Shown here: positions 19,558-30,130 of the stretch, one piece after another
How the letters are laid out: each line of letters starts with the position of its first letter
Numbering within the stretch: position 1 is the stretch's first letter
Origin: an uncultured Acidobacteriota bacterium
Lineage (GTDB): Bacteria > Acidobacteriota > Blastocatellia > RBC074
Direction of reading: 5' to 3'
Assembly (NCBI GenBank): GCA_963796275.1
Contig: CAWCKY010000001.1
Location: forward strand, 352,001-416,000
DNA: 64,000 bases
Translations under genes and position numbers: made by a program
Notes under the pieces: model-generated
What the model saw: only the letters and a program-made list of their open reading frames with translations
Database searches by the model: none
What the model was told of the DNA's origin: nothing

Positions 19558-22302
19558 TCATTTACCGCTGCTCACGCTCTCAGTGGCAAGCACGTCGTGA
19601 TGGTAATTGATCAAAACCCGCTTCGGGCGCTTCGGCAATTTGACCTGAAACTCATCGGTTGTATTGCTACCTACCACCGCCACGTCACCAAGACGGACCG
19701 GCTTGCCATCGAAGTCGAGGTAGATCGGCACTATCATCTTGAAATTGGGCGAAACCTCGCTCTGTGTGACTTTGCCCTTCAGAATCACGGTGCCCTCGCT
19801 ATCCGGCGTCAAGGTATAGTCGAATTTGTAGCGCGGTACTTCCGTCCCGTAGACATACTGAGCGAAGAACCAGTTCATCTTTTTGTCCCCGTCAAGGTCC
19901 ATGTTCGGTTTCATATGCTTCTCGACAATTGCTTTGAAGCTCTCTGTCGTGGCGTTTTGATTGTAATGGCTCTTGACGAAATCGCGCATCATTTCAATGA
20001 ACTTTTGATCGCCGTTCTGCCGATCATACATCATCCAACGAAGCATGTGCAGGATATATGAGCCCTTCGGATAAACTAATCTGCTATAGGCGCCCGCTGT
20101 CTTATACGTTAGCAGCCGGGTACCCATCCAGATCGGTCCCGCGTCGTTGGGGCGATAGCCGAACGAATTCTTATCAAGGATGGTCTTGCGCTGGGTCTCC
20201 CAGAATTTCAAGTATTTATCGAGCTTCCCGCCTTCGGTGTATTGCAAATATAGGCTGGCGGAGAAATCGGAGAAGCCCTCCGATATCCACTGGTCGTGAT
20301 AGGAGGCCCAGCCGACGATGTGGCCCCACCACTGATGAGCAACCTCGTGCGGCGTCACTTCCTGCACAAAATCATTGATGCCCTTTTTTATACCACCGAA
20401 AAGCTGGAATCGCTGTGTCGAATCGAAGAAGGCAATGATTGGGAGATAGACGAGCGTCGGCCAGGATTGACCGAAATTGAGCTCCGGTTGTTGTGTGATC
20501 GCGATCCGCCCATATGGCGTTTCACCAAACCAATGATTGAAAATCCGGATCGAGTTTTGGGCTTCGACTATCGCATTATCGGTCAGCCGCGTCGGCGACA
20601 TTCCGCCGATCTCTTCTGCGCCTCGCAAATAATCGGGAAGGTCAGATGTGGCATAACCTTCGATCTGAAATTTCGCCTGGTCATCCGTGACCTCTTTCTT
20701 CTTGAATCGGCCGTAATTAAATCCGGCGACTGCCAGCGGCACATTCGATACCCACTGAGACACTGCGAAATTGGCCTCTCTCCCTTCCTTCACTTTTTTA
20801 CCGACGCCTACGAGTACGAATTTCTCCGGGACCTTGAAGGTCAAGTCGAAAGTCGCCCGGTCGTTGAAAGCGTTGACGCTCGGATACCAGCTTGTGCGAG
20901 CCCCCACGGCGAAATTGCCGCCGCCGGCATCATCGAGCACTTTATCGCCCTGATAATCGATGTTGATCTTGTATTTTTGATTTTTGACCACCGCCTCGGG
21001 CAGGATCGCATAGAATGCACTGTCCTCATTCTTCTTCTCCTGAATAAACCCGATCTCCTTATCACCGGATGTTACCTTGGTGACCCGGAGCGTCGGAAGC
21101 AGGCCGAATCGGAGGACGCGCTCGCCGTCGACGAGCGCGGTGAATGTCAATTCGCAGGTAGCCGTCAACTTCTCTCCGTTGATGACCGTTTCAATGCGGT
21201 AATGCTCCGCATCGATCAGCCGCTTATCCTCGCTCGAACTTGCCGTACCAGCTTTCCACTCATCCTGAGTGTGAGTAAGGTACCAGATGCCTTCCTCCTT
21301 TCCCTGCGGATCGTTGTTGACCAAGGCGACCTCTTCAGGAGAGAGGAGTTGCGGTAATCCGCCGTAGGGACGGAGTTGGAATCGCAGGTCATTGTGTTTG
21401 CGCCCGAAGATGAAAGCGTTGAATGTCGGGAGGCGTTTGGGGTTGTGGAGATAGGCTAGCAACATCGCCTCCAGATTTTCGACGTCCTCTCCTGAGAATA
21501 GAGCCTCGATTACACTACGCGGTTGTTCAGTATTTCGCCGCATCCGCTTGCGGAACTCGAGTAGCACCTCCAGTGCGCGAGGGTCGGCGCCTCCGACCTG
21601 CCTGCCCTTCTTGATCTCTTCGTGAGTGTGATCGGTGAAGGCGAACACCAGTCGGTCGAATTGCTCGCTCACCGTCTCCTTCTCAGTGACCAGCTTGAGA
21701 TAGCTTTTTTCGAAGTCGACTATCGGCGTGAGCGTAAACTCGCCCTCGCCCCTGAAAACTCCAACGGTGACGTGGCCGAGGACCGGTGGTAGAAAACTGA
21801 TGCGGCCGCTGCGAAGGGTGATCGTGCCCACGTCGCGTTTCAGAGTCAGATCGCTGACCTCATAAGTCTCACCCGGCTCACCGTCACGAAGCGCGCGATA
21901 GTTCGGGTCGGAATTCGGTGCAATCGATCCTTTTGTGTCCACAGTTGTCTGGGCTCGCACATCGGCGATTTCGAGCTTAAATTCAACCGTTGCAGGCTTC
22001 CCGCTCTCAATCACTATGCTTAGTTCACCGGGTTTGAAACCGTCACGCGAAACGCTGACTACATAACTCCCAGGCTCAAGTCGATCAACTCTGAAACGGC
22101 CCTCTCTGTCGGTCGTTACATTGCGTATTTGGCCGGACAATTCACTGCGGATAGAGATCGCTGCGTTCGGCACAACCGCCCCATTCGGGTCTTTCACTGT
22201 GCCGGAGAGAATGCCAACCTGGGTTTGCGTGAATACAATAGTCAGTGGAATCAAAGTGGATGCGATGGATAGAGACAGAGCTACCAATAAATATCGGCGC
22301 AT
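19558..22302 (-). CDS. Secreted M1-family zinc aminopeptidase with an N-terminal carboxypeptidase-regulatory-like domain
   Basis: Signal peptide; GTVKDPNGAVVPNA domain; HEVAH-x18-E (HEVAHQWWG...WISEG); YPKGSYILHMLR. Confidence 0.85.
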   Translation of the reverse strand: MRRYLLVALSLSIASTLIPLTIVFTQTQVGILSGTVKDPNGAVVPNAAISIRSELSGQIRNVTTDREGRFRVDRLEPGSYVVSVSRDGFKPGELSIVIESGKPATVEFKLEIADVRAQTTVDTKGSIAPNSDPNYRALRDGEPGETYEVSDLTLKRDVGTITLRSGRISFLPPVLGHVTVGVFRGEGEFTLTPIVDFEKSYLKLVTEKETVSEQFDRLVFAFTDHTHEEIKKGRQVGGADPRALEVLLEFRKRMRRNTEQPRSVIEALFSGEDVENLEAMLLAYLHNPKRLPTFNAFIFGRKHNDLRFQLRPYGGLPQLLSPEEVALVNNDPQGKEEGIWYLTHTQDEWKAGTASSSEDKRLIDAEHYRIETVINGEKLTATCELTFTALVDGERVLRFGLLPTLRVTKVTSGDKEIGFIQEKKNEDSAFYAILPEAVVKNQKYKINIDYQGDKVLDDAGGGNFAVGARTSWYPSVNAFNDRATFDLTFKVPEKFVLVGVGKKVKEGREANFAVSQWVSNVPLAVAGFNYGRFKKKEVTDDQAKFQIEGYATSDLPDYLRGAEEIGGMSPTRLTDNAIVEAQNSIRIFNHWFGETPYGRIAITQQPELNFGQSWPTLVYLPIIAFFDSTQRFQLFGGIKKGINDFVQEVTPHEVAHQWWGHIVGWASYHDQWISEGFSDFSASLYLQYTEGGKLDKYLKFWETQRKTILDKNSFGYRPNDAGPIWMGTRLLTYKTAGAYSRLVYPKGSYILHMLRWMMYDRQNGDQKFIEMMRDFVKSHYNQNATTESFKAIVEKHMKPNMDLDGDKKMNWFFAQYVYGTEVPRYKFDYTLTPDSEGTVILKGKVTQSEVSPNFKMIVPIYLDFDGKPVRLGDVAVVGSNTTDEFQVKLPKRPKRVLINYHHDVLATESVSSGK

Positions 22303-22621
22303 ATATACCTCCGGGTTAAACAGTATCTACTGGATTTCCGGTTCGTTGCTTGAATCTGAAGATCCAGTCGGAATTGCTTTAATCGGTTCAGCTCCTCATC
22401 GCAGATGTTTTGGGTGGCGCCTTGGGGACTACTCTCGGAACATTCGCTCTCTAGCAGTAGTCGTCATAGGTTCTGAGCGTTGCACCGGCGATAGTAACGA
22501 AATTTCTAAAGACTGAGCTGAGGCACTATTTGAGTATTAAGCGTTACTCAGTTAGTGACGATGGAGAATAGCAAGGCTGTCAAAAACAGTAAAGAAGAAT
22601 TGGAAAAATACAATGATAAAT

Positions 22622-22648
22622 AGAAAAGGGCGATGGATGCCATCGCCC
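22622..22648 (-). terminator. Intrinsic terminator
   Basis: GGGCGATGG/CCATCGCCC 9-bp stem followed by TTTTCT on the minus strand, 31 nt after the stop of the Gly-zipper gene. Confidence 0.7.
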
Positions 22649-22679
22649 CTGGGGCCTGAGAAAATTTTGTTAAGTTATA

Positions 22680-23030
22680 TTAGCGTCGACCAAAAACCTC
22701 GCGTCTGCGGTCGCGCCGATCGTCGATCTTTTTGCGGTGATAGATGTAGCCACCCGCGGCACCTGCGGCGCCACCGATAATCGCTCCGGTCTTTCCGCCA
22801 ATCAATGCGCCACCCAGCAACCCAATGCCGGCGCCAACACCCGTTCTCTTGATCAGATTGCCGTTCGTGGCCTCGCGCGGTCCAATGTAGCTGCCGCGAC
22901 TATAGCCACGAGAATAGCTACGAGAACGATATGATCTGCTTTGTGCCATTGCATCCGATGTTCCCCAAACGAAGAGAAGGCCCAACATTAAAGCCATCAT
23001 TATCGCGCTCGCTTTTATCTTCTTGATCAT
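22680..23030 (-). CDS. Small exported glycine-zipper (YMGG-like) protein
   Basis: RBS AAAGGAGG before MIKKIK; signal peptide ending AMA; GVGAGIGLLGGALIGGKTGAIIGGAAGAAGG. Confidence 0.8.
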   Translation of the reverse strand: MIKKIKASAIMMALMLGLLFVWGTSDAMAQSRSYRSRSYSRGYSRGSYIGPREATNGNLIKRTGVGAGIGLLGGALIGGKTGAIIGGAAGAAGGYIYHRKKIDDRRDRRREVFGRR

Positions 23031-23078
23031 CTTTCCTCCTTTTGTTTGAACCCGTAATATCAATTCAGCTACTGATAA

Positions 23079-23094
23079 TACAAATCTTGTGCCA
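23079..23094 (-). promoter_or_regulatory. Candidate sigma54 -24/-12 promoter
   Basis: TGGCAC-AAGAT-TTGTA on the minus strand, versus consensus TGGCAC-N5-TTGCW (one mismatch, at the conserved -12 C). Confidence 0.4.
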
Positions 23095-23251
23095 CTTGAT
23101 AGTAATACCTCGATTAGAGTGCAAGCAGAATAATATCAATCGTTTAGATACGTTAGAGGCTAATTGCATTAAGAAATATCCAACGTATTAGACACGTTTC
23201 GGTGTAAGAGGTATCACGAAATAGCGCAAGTAGGGTATTAGACGAATGATG

Positions 23252-23590
23252 TCAGGAGGTACGGGAAGTTCGTGCGACCTCCGCAGCCATCCGTCCGGTG
23301 ATAATTAAAAACCACATCTTCCAATCTGCGATCAAAGACCAGAGCGGATATTTGAAAGTCGCGGGTTTGTTATGTTCAATCAAGAAATGGCCCATCCATG
23401 CAAAGGCATAGCCGATGATGAAGCCTACCGGGATGAAGAGGAGAATGCCGGTGAGAAAGGTTACGACCAGGCAGATAATTCCTGCTGAGCTGCCAATGAA
23501 GTGAAGCAAGCGACAACCAGGTCTTGAATGCTCCCTGACATAAAAAGGCCAGAACTCGCGAAAGTTATTGATACGGTCACTTTGCTTCAT
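23252..23590 (-). CDS. DUF962 / Mpo1-like membrane protein
   Basis: FWPFYVREHS, LLHFIG and AWMGHFLIEHNKPATFKYPLWSL motifs. Confidence 0.85.
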   Translation of the reverse strand: MKQSDRINNFREFWPFYVREHSRPGCRLLHFIGSSAGIICLVVTFLTGILLFIPVGFIIGYAFAWMGHFLIEHNKPATFKYPLWSLIADWKMWFLIITGRMAAEVARTSRTS

Positions 23591-23666
23591 TGTCGCCTCC
23601 TAAGGTGTATGATAACTTTGTTCTGCGGTTGTTTCACATATTTTATTACGGAAAAATGGCTGTGCC

Positions 23667-25505
23667 ATGCAGCTGAGAAGTAAATTGACAGTCGTTTTGT
23701 TTATCACCGTCGGCCTTACCCTTTCGGTTTTTGCGCTTGAAACCCAAATGGGCTGGTGGCGATGGCAGAATCCACGTCCGCAGGGTAATCCGCTCTATGC
23801 GATAAATTTCAGCGATGAGCGGCGAGGGGTAGCTGTTGGCCGGGACGGCGCGATTTTACGAACCGAAGATGGCGGTAAGAAATGGCTATCAGTCAGCAGC
23901 CCCGTAATGACTCCGCTCTACGGGTTAGCGGTGCGAGATAGGAAGGCATGGGCGGTCGGGGCACGCGGAACGATCATCAGCTCCAGCGACCTCGGGGAGA
24001 GCTGGCGCGAGCAAAAGAGCGGGACCAAAAAACATCTCTACGGCGTCTGGTTTCTCGATGAAAAGCGTGGTTGGGTGGTCGGAGTCGAAGGACTGATTCT
24101 CATTACCCGGGATGGAGGTGGAAATTGGAACGATCAATCCAGCCGGACGGGCAAGCATCTAAGCGCCGTCGCTTTTACCGATCCGGAGCATGGCGTCGTC
24201 GTTGGCTCGGAAGGGGTTTTGCTGGTGACAAAAGATGGAGGAGTAAATTGGCGATCGTCCAATCATATGAACCCTGGCCATTTTAGTGGCGTCTTCGCTT
24301 TGCCCCCCCATAATTTCTGGCTGGTCGGAAGGAATGGAACGATCCTGCGCAGCCAAAATTCCGGTGAAACGTGGGAGGCGCAGGCGAGCAATTCATCCTC
24401 GAACTTTTATTCAATATGGATGATTGATAACAAAACCGGTTGGGTAGCCGGGACGGATGGGGCCATTCTGCATACGATCGATGGGGGTGAAAGCTGGAGC
24501 GCACAGATCTCGAATAGCCCACAACTGCTGAGAACTATCTGCTTCGTCGATTACAAACGTGGCTGGGCTGCAGGTGAAGGGGGTGTGATCTACGCGACGG
24601 TTGACGGCGGCGAAAAATGGTGGCCGCAGACTGAGGGCACCAAGGAGATGCTCAACGCCATGCACTTCATCGATGGCGACCGCGGGTGGGCTGTTGGCAT
24701 GAATGGCACAATACTCTCCACGGAGGACAGCGGCAAATCCTGGCGTCCGCAAAAATCGAATGTCGCAGCCAACTTAAGAGCGATCTGTCTCGTCGACCCG
24801 CTTCGTGGATGGATCGTGGGCGAGCGCGGAACATTATTGCAAACGGACGATGGGGGCGTGAACTGGCGAATAAAAGCGGGCGGCTCGGAGACGAATTATA
24901 GCGGATTGACATTTGTGAGCGCGAGGAATGGCTGGATCGTGGGCGAAAATGGCCTTATCCGCCATACTACAGATGGAGGGGAATCCTGGATTTCACAAGA
25001 ATCGAATACGCGCTCGTGGCTCGAAGTGGTGGCCTTCGTCGACCAGAAGAATGGGTGGGCAGCAGGTGAGGCGGGCACGATCATTGTTACGAAAGACGGC
25101 GGATCGACGTGGAAAGTTCAGGAAAGTGGAACACGCAAATGGCTGTATGGGGTTTCATTTGCGAATAAGAATCAGGGGTGGGCGGTCGGCGAAGATGGCC
25201 TTGTACTACATACCGGTAACGGTGGAAAAGATTGGGCAGTCCAGATCAGCAGCGTGCCCAGCAATCTGCTGGCTGTTAGAGCGATCAATACGAAACGCGT
25301 GTGGGCCGTGGGCTTGAACGGTATCATCATTCATACGGAAGACGGAGGCGGCCTCTGGCAGCGAGATTTGAGCAATACGACGACCCCTCTACGCGCCATC
25401 GCATTTTTTGGGGATGAAGGATGGGCCGCCGGTCGTGATGGCGTGATTTTACGTTACGGCGGTAAGAGGGGCGGAGAGATGAGAACCGTCTTCAATCGAA
25501 AATGA
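23667..25505 (+). CDS. Secreted YCF48-like beta-propeller protein with Asp-box repeats
   Basis: Signal peptide; about 14 repeats of ~41 aa of the form GWxVGxxGxIxxTxDGGxxW. Confidence 0.85.
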   Translation: MQLRSKLTVVLFITVGLTLSVFALETQMGWWRWQNPRPQGNPLYAINFSDERRGVAVGRDGAILRTEDGGKKWLSVSSPVMTPLYGLAVRDRKAWAVGARGTIISSSDLGESWREQKSGTKKHLYGVWFLDEKRGWVVGVEGLILITRDGGGNWNDQSSRTGKHLSAVAFTDPEHGVVVGSEGVLLVTKDGGVNWRSSNHMNPGHFSGVFALPPHNFWLVGRNGTILRSQNSGETWEAQASNSSSNFYSIWMIDNKTGWVAGTDGAILHTIDGGESWSAQISNSPQLLRTICFVDYKRGWAAGEGGVIYATVDGGEKWWPQTEGTKEMLNAMHFIDGDRGWAVGMNGTILSTEDSGKSWRPQKSNVAANLRAICLVDPLRGWIVGERGTLLQTDDGGVNWRIKAGGSETNYSGLTFVSARNGWIVGENGLIRHTTDGGESWISQESNTRSWLEVVAFVDQKNGWAAGEAGTIIVTKDGGSTWKVQESGTRKWLYGVSFANKNQGWAVGEDGLVLHTGNGGKDWAVQISSVPSNLLAVRAINTKRVWAVGLNGIIIHTEDGGGLWQRDLSNTTTPLRAIAFFGDEGWAAGRDGVILRYGGKRGGEMRTVFNRK

Positions 25506-25520
25506 ACAGAAGGACGCGCT

Positions 25521-26333
25521 TCAATTCCTGCTTTCACCGCTCAATATCACAGCCGGTTTGGGTGACACACCTTTATGCACTATAACGCTCATACCCATCG
25601 GGATGTCCCGATAGAACTTCTTGGCGGCGAACATCGGAATGCGAATGCATCCGTGGCTCGCAGGTTTTGTGGGCACTGATTGATAACCGTGTATTGCGGT
25701 TCCATACATGAAGTAATTCGGGTAGTACATCATACCCAGCGGGCTTTTCTTCCAACCGGCCAGTTTAATATAAATTTTGTATCGTCCCGGATGAGTGATA
25801 GCGTCGCGGACCCATCCTTCGGATTTGAATGGTTTTCCGCTTCCAGTCGAAACCGGCAGAATCCTCGTGACAGTGCCCGTATCATCAACCTCGAAGAGCA
25901 CCTGACGGATTAAGTCTACCTCTATATGAGCAGGACCCGTTTCGAGTGGTGTTGGTCGATCCGCGGCAATCAGAGCATCGAAAACCGCGCGCGTCATCAG
26001 GCCATTAGGCTTAAGTTCCTCGACCTTTTGAAATGCAATGAGCGCGTGGCGTGAAGCTCCATCCCATCTGCCGTCTGCCGGGCCTGTCCAGTATCCCAGA
26101 TCCGCCAGGCGTTGTTCGGCCTCACGGTGTTCTCCAGCAGTCAAGGGTTTGGACTTTGTCGTCCGCTTTCGGCTTCCTGAGTCTTGCCGGCTGACTCTCT
26201 CAGTTCTCGGCTCCAGGTCCTCCGTATGGTCGCTCAAAGCTGCGATCGGATGAAATACGATAATGATCGCCAGATAGAAAATGAGCGAAAGGTTGAATAT
26301 CTTCGCCAATGAGTTAAAGGTTTTGCTACGCAT
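25521..26333 (-). CDS. L,D-transpeptidase (YkuD) with a peptidoglycan-binding domain
   Basis: QRLADLGYWTGPADG...ALIAFQ (PG_binding_1); catalytic motif AIHG...SHGCIRI. Confidence 0.9.
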   Translation of the reverse strand: MRSKTFNSLAKIFNLSLIFYLAIIIVFHPIAALSDHTEDLEPRTERVSRQDSGSRKRTTKSKPLTAGEHREAEQRLADLGYWTGPADGRWDGASRHALIAFQKVEELKPNGLMTRAVFDALIAADRPTPLETGPAHIEVDLIRQVLFEVDDTGTVTRILPVSTGSGKPFKSEGWVRDAITHPGRYKIYIKLAGWKKSPLGMMYYPNYFMYGTAIHGYQSVPTKPASHGCIRIPMFAAKKFYRDIPMGMSVIVHKGVSPKPAVILSGESRN

Positions 26334-26507
26334 AAAGAATCTGAAAATTTATTCGATGACACTGCCATCACAATCGCATTCGGTTGCCTTTTCAATTAAA
26401 AAGTATGTATTGTTTCGCCAACTTGTCAAACTGTTTAATATGCTGCAAGTTTCCGGCTACATAATGTCAGAAATGAAACGGCGACTGAAACTATGAGGAG
26501 AACGTCA

Positions 26508-27392
26508 ATGAAACACTCAATGCACAACTGGATGAGGCCCGAACCAGTTGAAACGACTCTCGAGCGTCTGCATAGATTTGGCTACGACAGCATAGAGATA
26601 AGCGGTGAGCCTGCTCGCCACGATACTGACGAAGTGCGCCGATTGATGGATAAGTACGAGATCGAATGTTGGGGAACCGTAACATTGATGACTGAGGGAC
26701 GCGACCTGGTGCATCCCGATAAGTATGTCCGAGCTGGCACAATCGCTTATATGAAGGATTGCATCAAGATGGCTAGAGCTCTCGGCGGCCATATGTTCTG
26801 TATCGTGCCATCGACCGTCGGGAAGGTGAAACCCATCGCATCGGCTGACGAAGAATGGAGATGGGCTGTCGAGAGTTTGAAAGAAGTCGCCTCATATTCC
26901 TCGGACCACGGCATAATACCTGGCGTCGAACCGCTCAACCGATTTGAAACCTATCTGATCAATCGCCATGACCAGGCATTACGTTTAGCCGACGAAGTCG
27001 GCAACGGGCTGCAAGTCGTGCTCGATTGTTTTCACATCAACATCGAAGAGTCCGATCCAATGCAGGCTATCCGCAACGTGGGGAGCAGGCTGCTCGATTT
27101 CCACATCGCCGACAACAACCGCAAACCTGCTGGTCAGGGGAAATATAACTGGACGGAGGTGATCGAGACTCTCAGAGAAATAAATTATCAGGGCCATTTG
27201 ACGGCTGAGTTCGTATTGCCAATCGATAGCACCCCGCTTGCTTTGCAGAGTGAAAAGCGTGAGAGCGATATGGAGTTCGCTGAGGCCGATCTGAAATTCA
27301 TCCGCAACCTGCGCTCGGGTTTGATCAGCGCTGCCGATTACGATCGGGCAGTCGAATCAAATATTAAGCATTTGAAATCGGTTGGAGCATGA
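26508..27392 (+). CDS. Sugar phosphate isomerase/epimerase (ketose 3-epimerase-like TIM barrel)
   Basis: Metal-ligand motifs EPLNRFE, LDCFHINIEE, HIADNNR and AEF. Confidence 0.85.
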   Translation: MKHSMHNWMRPEPVETTLERLHRFGYDSIEISGEPARHDTDEVRRLMDKYEIECWGTVTLMTEGRDLVHPDKYVRAGTIAYMKDCIKMARALGGHMFCIVPSTVGKVKPIASADEEWRWAVESLKEVASYSSDHGIIPGVEPLNRFETYLINRHDQALRLADEVGNGLQVVLDCFHINIEESDPMQAIRNVGSRLLDFHIADNNRKPAGQGKYNWTEVIETLREINYQGHLTAEFVLPIDSTPLALQSEKRESDMEFAEADLKFIRNLRSGLISAADYDRAVESNIKHLKSVGA

Positions 27393-27645
27393 TGAACGGC
27401 ATTCCGTTGGGGGAATTCGAACTTAATTTTTTATGCGCCCTAAACCCTTTAATGGGGCGTTAGCCAGCAGTATAACGCAGGGGGCAGACCCAATTTCACG
27501 TGCGCCGATGTTGACCAGAAACCTGGTTATCAAAAGAGTAAAGCGAGAAGCCTGAAGCTTGCTGTCTATTATTGACAATGGCGAACCAATTATCGGTTTC
27601 CATCTCTTCCTTTACTACTTGCGAAATCGGGAATGGTATGGTTTT

Positions 27646-28359
27646 TCAAATCGACCGCCGGTTCGCCGCCGCCAGCTCACGGCGAACGCCGGAGATCGTT
27701 TGTTGAACAACGAAACCATTACCGGTAATTTCCGGTGAAATTAGCCAGTAAGAGCACTCGATGATTGCAAGCAGGTCTTTACTCGAGTCCAGTTTCAGCC
27801 GGCCGAGTCGCCATTGTTTGAGCGCCGTATCGACCGCTTTGAGAAATGTTGGTTCGTCATCGCTCAAGGCTGAAAGACATAACATATAATGGAGTGAGCG
27901 CCGATCTAATGTATCGCCCCATAACTCGATAATCACGCGCGAGAAACCCACACTCGAACGCAGACCTTTGCCGTCGACGACATATTCAGCCAGCGAACGT
28001 AACCGCTCGGCGTTTCCTCCGGTTTGAGCGACCAGCCTATTTAACACCTCACGATAAAGATCGACATCGGCTTTTGCGTGAGAAACATCGAGGGTGAACA
28101 TATCCCCTTCGGACGCTCGTTTTAAAAGCTTGTCTCGATCTTCCTCATCACTCAACTGAGACTGGGGTTGCGCGAATAGCCTCAGCTCTACTTCATTCTG
28201 TTCTGCGAACAGTCCTGCGAAGTGGCGCGGCAAGTTTTTTTGCGATTCATATAATATATGCGACCGTTGGCGATTCATTTTGATCAAGCAAGCAACTGCC
28301 AGAATCGCGAACGAAAGTATAGAAATAAATGTTATGAGGTTCATTCTTATACGCTTCAC
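27646..28359 (-). CDS. Hypothetical membrane-anchored protein
   Basis: 237-aa ORF with one N-terminal hydrophobic helix, downstream of msrQ on the same strand. Confidence 0.55.
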   Translation of the reverse strand: MKRIRMNLITFISILSFAILAVACLIKMNRQRSHILYESQKNLPRHFAGLFAEQNEVELRLFAQPQSQLSDEEDRDKLLKRASEGDMFTLDVSHAKADVDLYREVLNRLVAQTGGNAERLRSLAEYVVDGKGLRSSVGFSRVIIELWGDTLDRRSLHYMLCLSALSDDEPTFLKAVDTALKQWRLGRLKLDSSKDLLAIIECSYWLISPEITGNGFVVQQTISGVRRELAAANRRSI

Positions 28360-28461
28360 AACAGCCGATAGGTGACAGGCTGGGCTGTCTATGTAAGCGT
28401 CATCCTTTATAGATGTACGTGTGGCGTTTTTATGAGGTTCGAAAATCCTTCGATCGTTCTT

Positions 28462-29094
28462 TTATCCTCGGCGGTATTGATTTCCTGCTCTCGCAGGTAT
28501 TCTCTGGGTCGAAGAAGGGAAAAATCTATTTAAGATCCGATAGCTCAACAGTAATATCAAGCAAAGGCCGAAGGTTAGCGGAATTCTCGTATCGGCTTTG
28601 ACAAGTAAGTAGTAATGCAGCACTCCCGCGGCGGCAGCCAGATAGACGAGCTTATGCAGGCGATTCCAGCGCCGGCCGCCCAGGCGCTTGACCATCTTAT
28701 TGGTTGATGTAATGGCTAATGGAAACATGACGAAAAAGCTCAGCATCCCCAGAAAGATAAATGGCCGCTGGAGCGTGTCTTCCCCGATCGCTCCTAATTG
28801 GAATGCTTTGTCGAACCAGATATAGCAGAGTAAATGCAGGGCTCCATAGAAAAACGCGTACAGACCGATTGTTCGCCTCAATTGAATAAGCCAGGGAAGG
28901 CCGAGCACCTTACGCAGAGGTGTAACTGCCAGTGTGAGGGTCAGAAAAACCAACGTCAGGGTACCGGTGGTGTGCGTGGCAAATTCCAGGGGATTGGCGC
29001 CAAGGCGATGGTGATAAGCATCCCACGCGAGCAATGTAAGCGGCACCGCGCTATTGATAAAAACTACCAGTTTTGCAAACTTTATATCGGGCAT
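28462..29094 (-). CDS. msrQ: Protein-methionine-sulfoxide reductase heme-binding subunit MsrQ (YedZ)
   Basis: LGANP, TLAVTPLR, RRTIGLYAFFYGALH, PLAITS and WNRLHKLVY motifs; follows msrP. Confidence 0.9.
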   Translation of the reverse strand: MPDIKFAKLVVFINSAVPLTLLAWDAYHHRLGANPLEFATHTTGTLTLVFLTLTLAVTPLRKVLGLPWLIQLRRTIGLYAFFYGALHLLCYIWFDKAFQLGAIGEDTLQRPFIFLGMLSFFVMFPLAITSTNKMVKRLGGRRWNRLHKLVYLAAAAGVLHYYLLVKADTRIPLTFGLCLILLLSYRILNRFFPSSTQRIPARAGNQYRRG

Positions 29095-29100
29095 AAAACA

Positions 29101-29170
29101 GTTTTAAGTTTTAAATTTTAGATCGTTTGCTGGAACTACGAACTAAAAACTGAAAACTAATAACTAAAAA
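29101..29170. repeat. Heptamer tandem repeats in inverted arrangement between msrP and msrQ
   Basis: GTTTTAA GTTTTAA ATTTTAG ... AACTACG AACTAAA AACTGAA AACTAAT AACTAAA. Confidence 0.6.
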
Positions 29171-30130
29171 TTGGCCTTCATATCCAATCCTGCATAGAGG
29201 TGCGCGACCTGATCCTGGTAGCCATTGAACATCAGGGTATCTCGCCTTCCGAATTCACCGATACGACGTTCGGTCGCCTGGCTCCAACGCGGATGCGAAA
29301 CGTTGGGATTGACGTTGGAGTAAAATCCGTATTCCTCCGGCGCGTAATCGCTCCACGTGCACGCCGGTTGTCTGTCAGTCAGTTCGATTCGGACGATCGA
29401 CTTGATGCTTTTGAACCCGTATTTCCAGGGCACAACCAGTCGCAGCGGCGCGCCGTTCTGCGGGGGCAGCGTCTTACCGTACAACCCGGCGGCTAGAATC
29501 GTCAGCGGGTGCATCGCTTCGTCGAGGCGGAGGCCTTCTATATATGGCCATGGGAGAACATCGCCCGTTTGATTGGGCATTCGCTTGGGGTCGAACAGGG
29601 TGACGAATTTGACGAATTTCGCCCCTGACATCGGCTGGACCTGATCCAGTAGTTTCGCAAGCGGGAACCCCAGCCACGGGATAACCATCGACCACGCCTC
29701 GACACAACGAAGACGATAAATGCGATCTTCAAGCGGAGCGAGTTTCAGAAGATCGTCCAGATCGAACGTTTTCGGTTTATGTGCAAGTCCGTCGACTACG
29801 ACTGTCCAAGGCCTCGTGATGAAACCTTTCGCCTCTGGTGCGACATCTTCTTTGCTTGTCGAGAATTCGTAAAAGTTGTTATAGTTGGTAATGTCTTCGA
29901 ATCCGGTCGCGGATTCGCCCTCCGTAGTGAAATAACCGCCTGTGCCTTTCGATTTGACAGTATCGCTGGGGTTTCTCCCTGCTCGGCGTGGCCAATCTAC
30001 GATAAAGATAGGCGGTGGATGTCGCTGTCACAGCCAGCACCCCGCCACGGATGAAGTTGCGGCGATTAAGGATAAGATTCTCGTCGGTTATATCGCTGCT
30101 TGGGATATCATCCGGCTTCTTGATCAGCAT
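29164..30130 (-). CDS. msrP: Protein-methionine-sulfoxide reductase catalytic subunit MsrP (YedY), with an apparent frameshift near 29970
   Basis: N-terminus [15 protein letters not shown] with Tat motif NRRNFI. The downstream frame reads YNNFYEFS...[16 protein letters not shown]...[19 protein letters not shown]...[10 protein letters not shown]. Confidence 0.9.

Noticed and set aside
20296-21357. Long antisense ORFs (for example 20296..21357, 41364..42335, 785..1561, 31859..32764)
   Set aside because: They are shadows of well-supported genes on the opposite strand in GC-rich DNA and show no recognisable motifs.
22529-22552. TTGAGTA...TACTCA inverted repeat as a second HAIR site
   Set aside because: The spacing between half-sites is 10 nt rather than 7, and the downstream gene is not a chaperone.
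23667-25505. YCF48-like repeats as evidence of photosynthesis
   Set aside because: Asp-box propellers are widespread in non-phototrophs, and the window has no photosystem genes.
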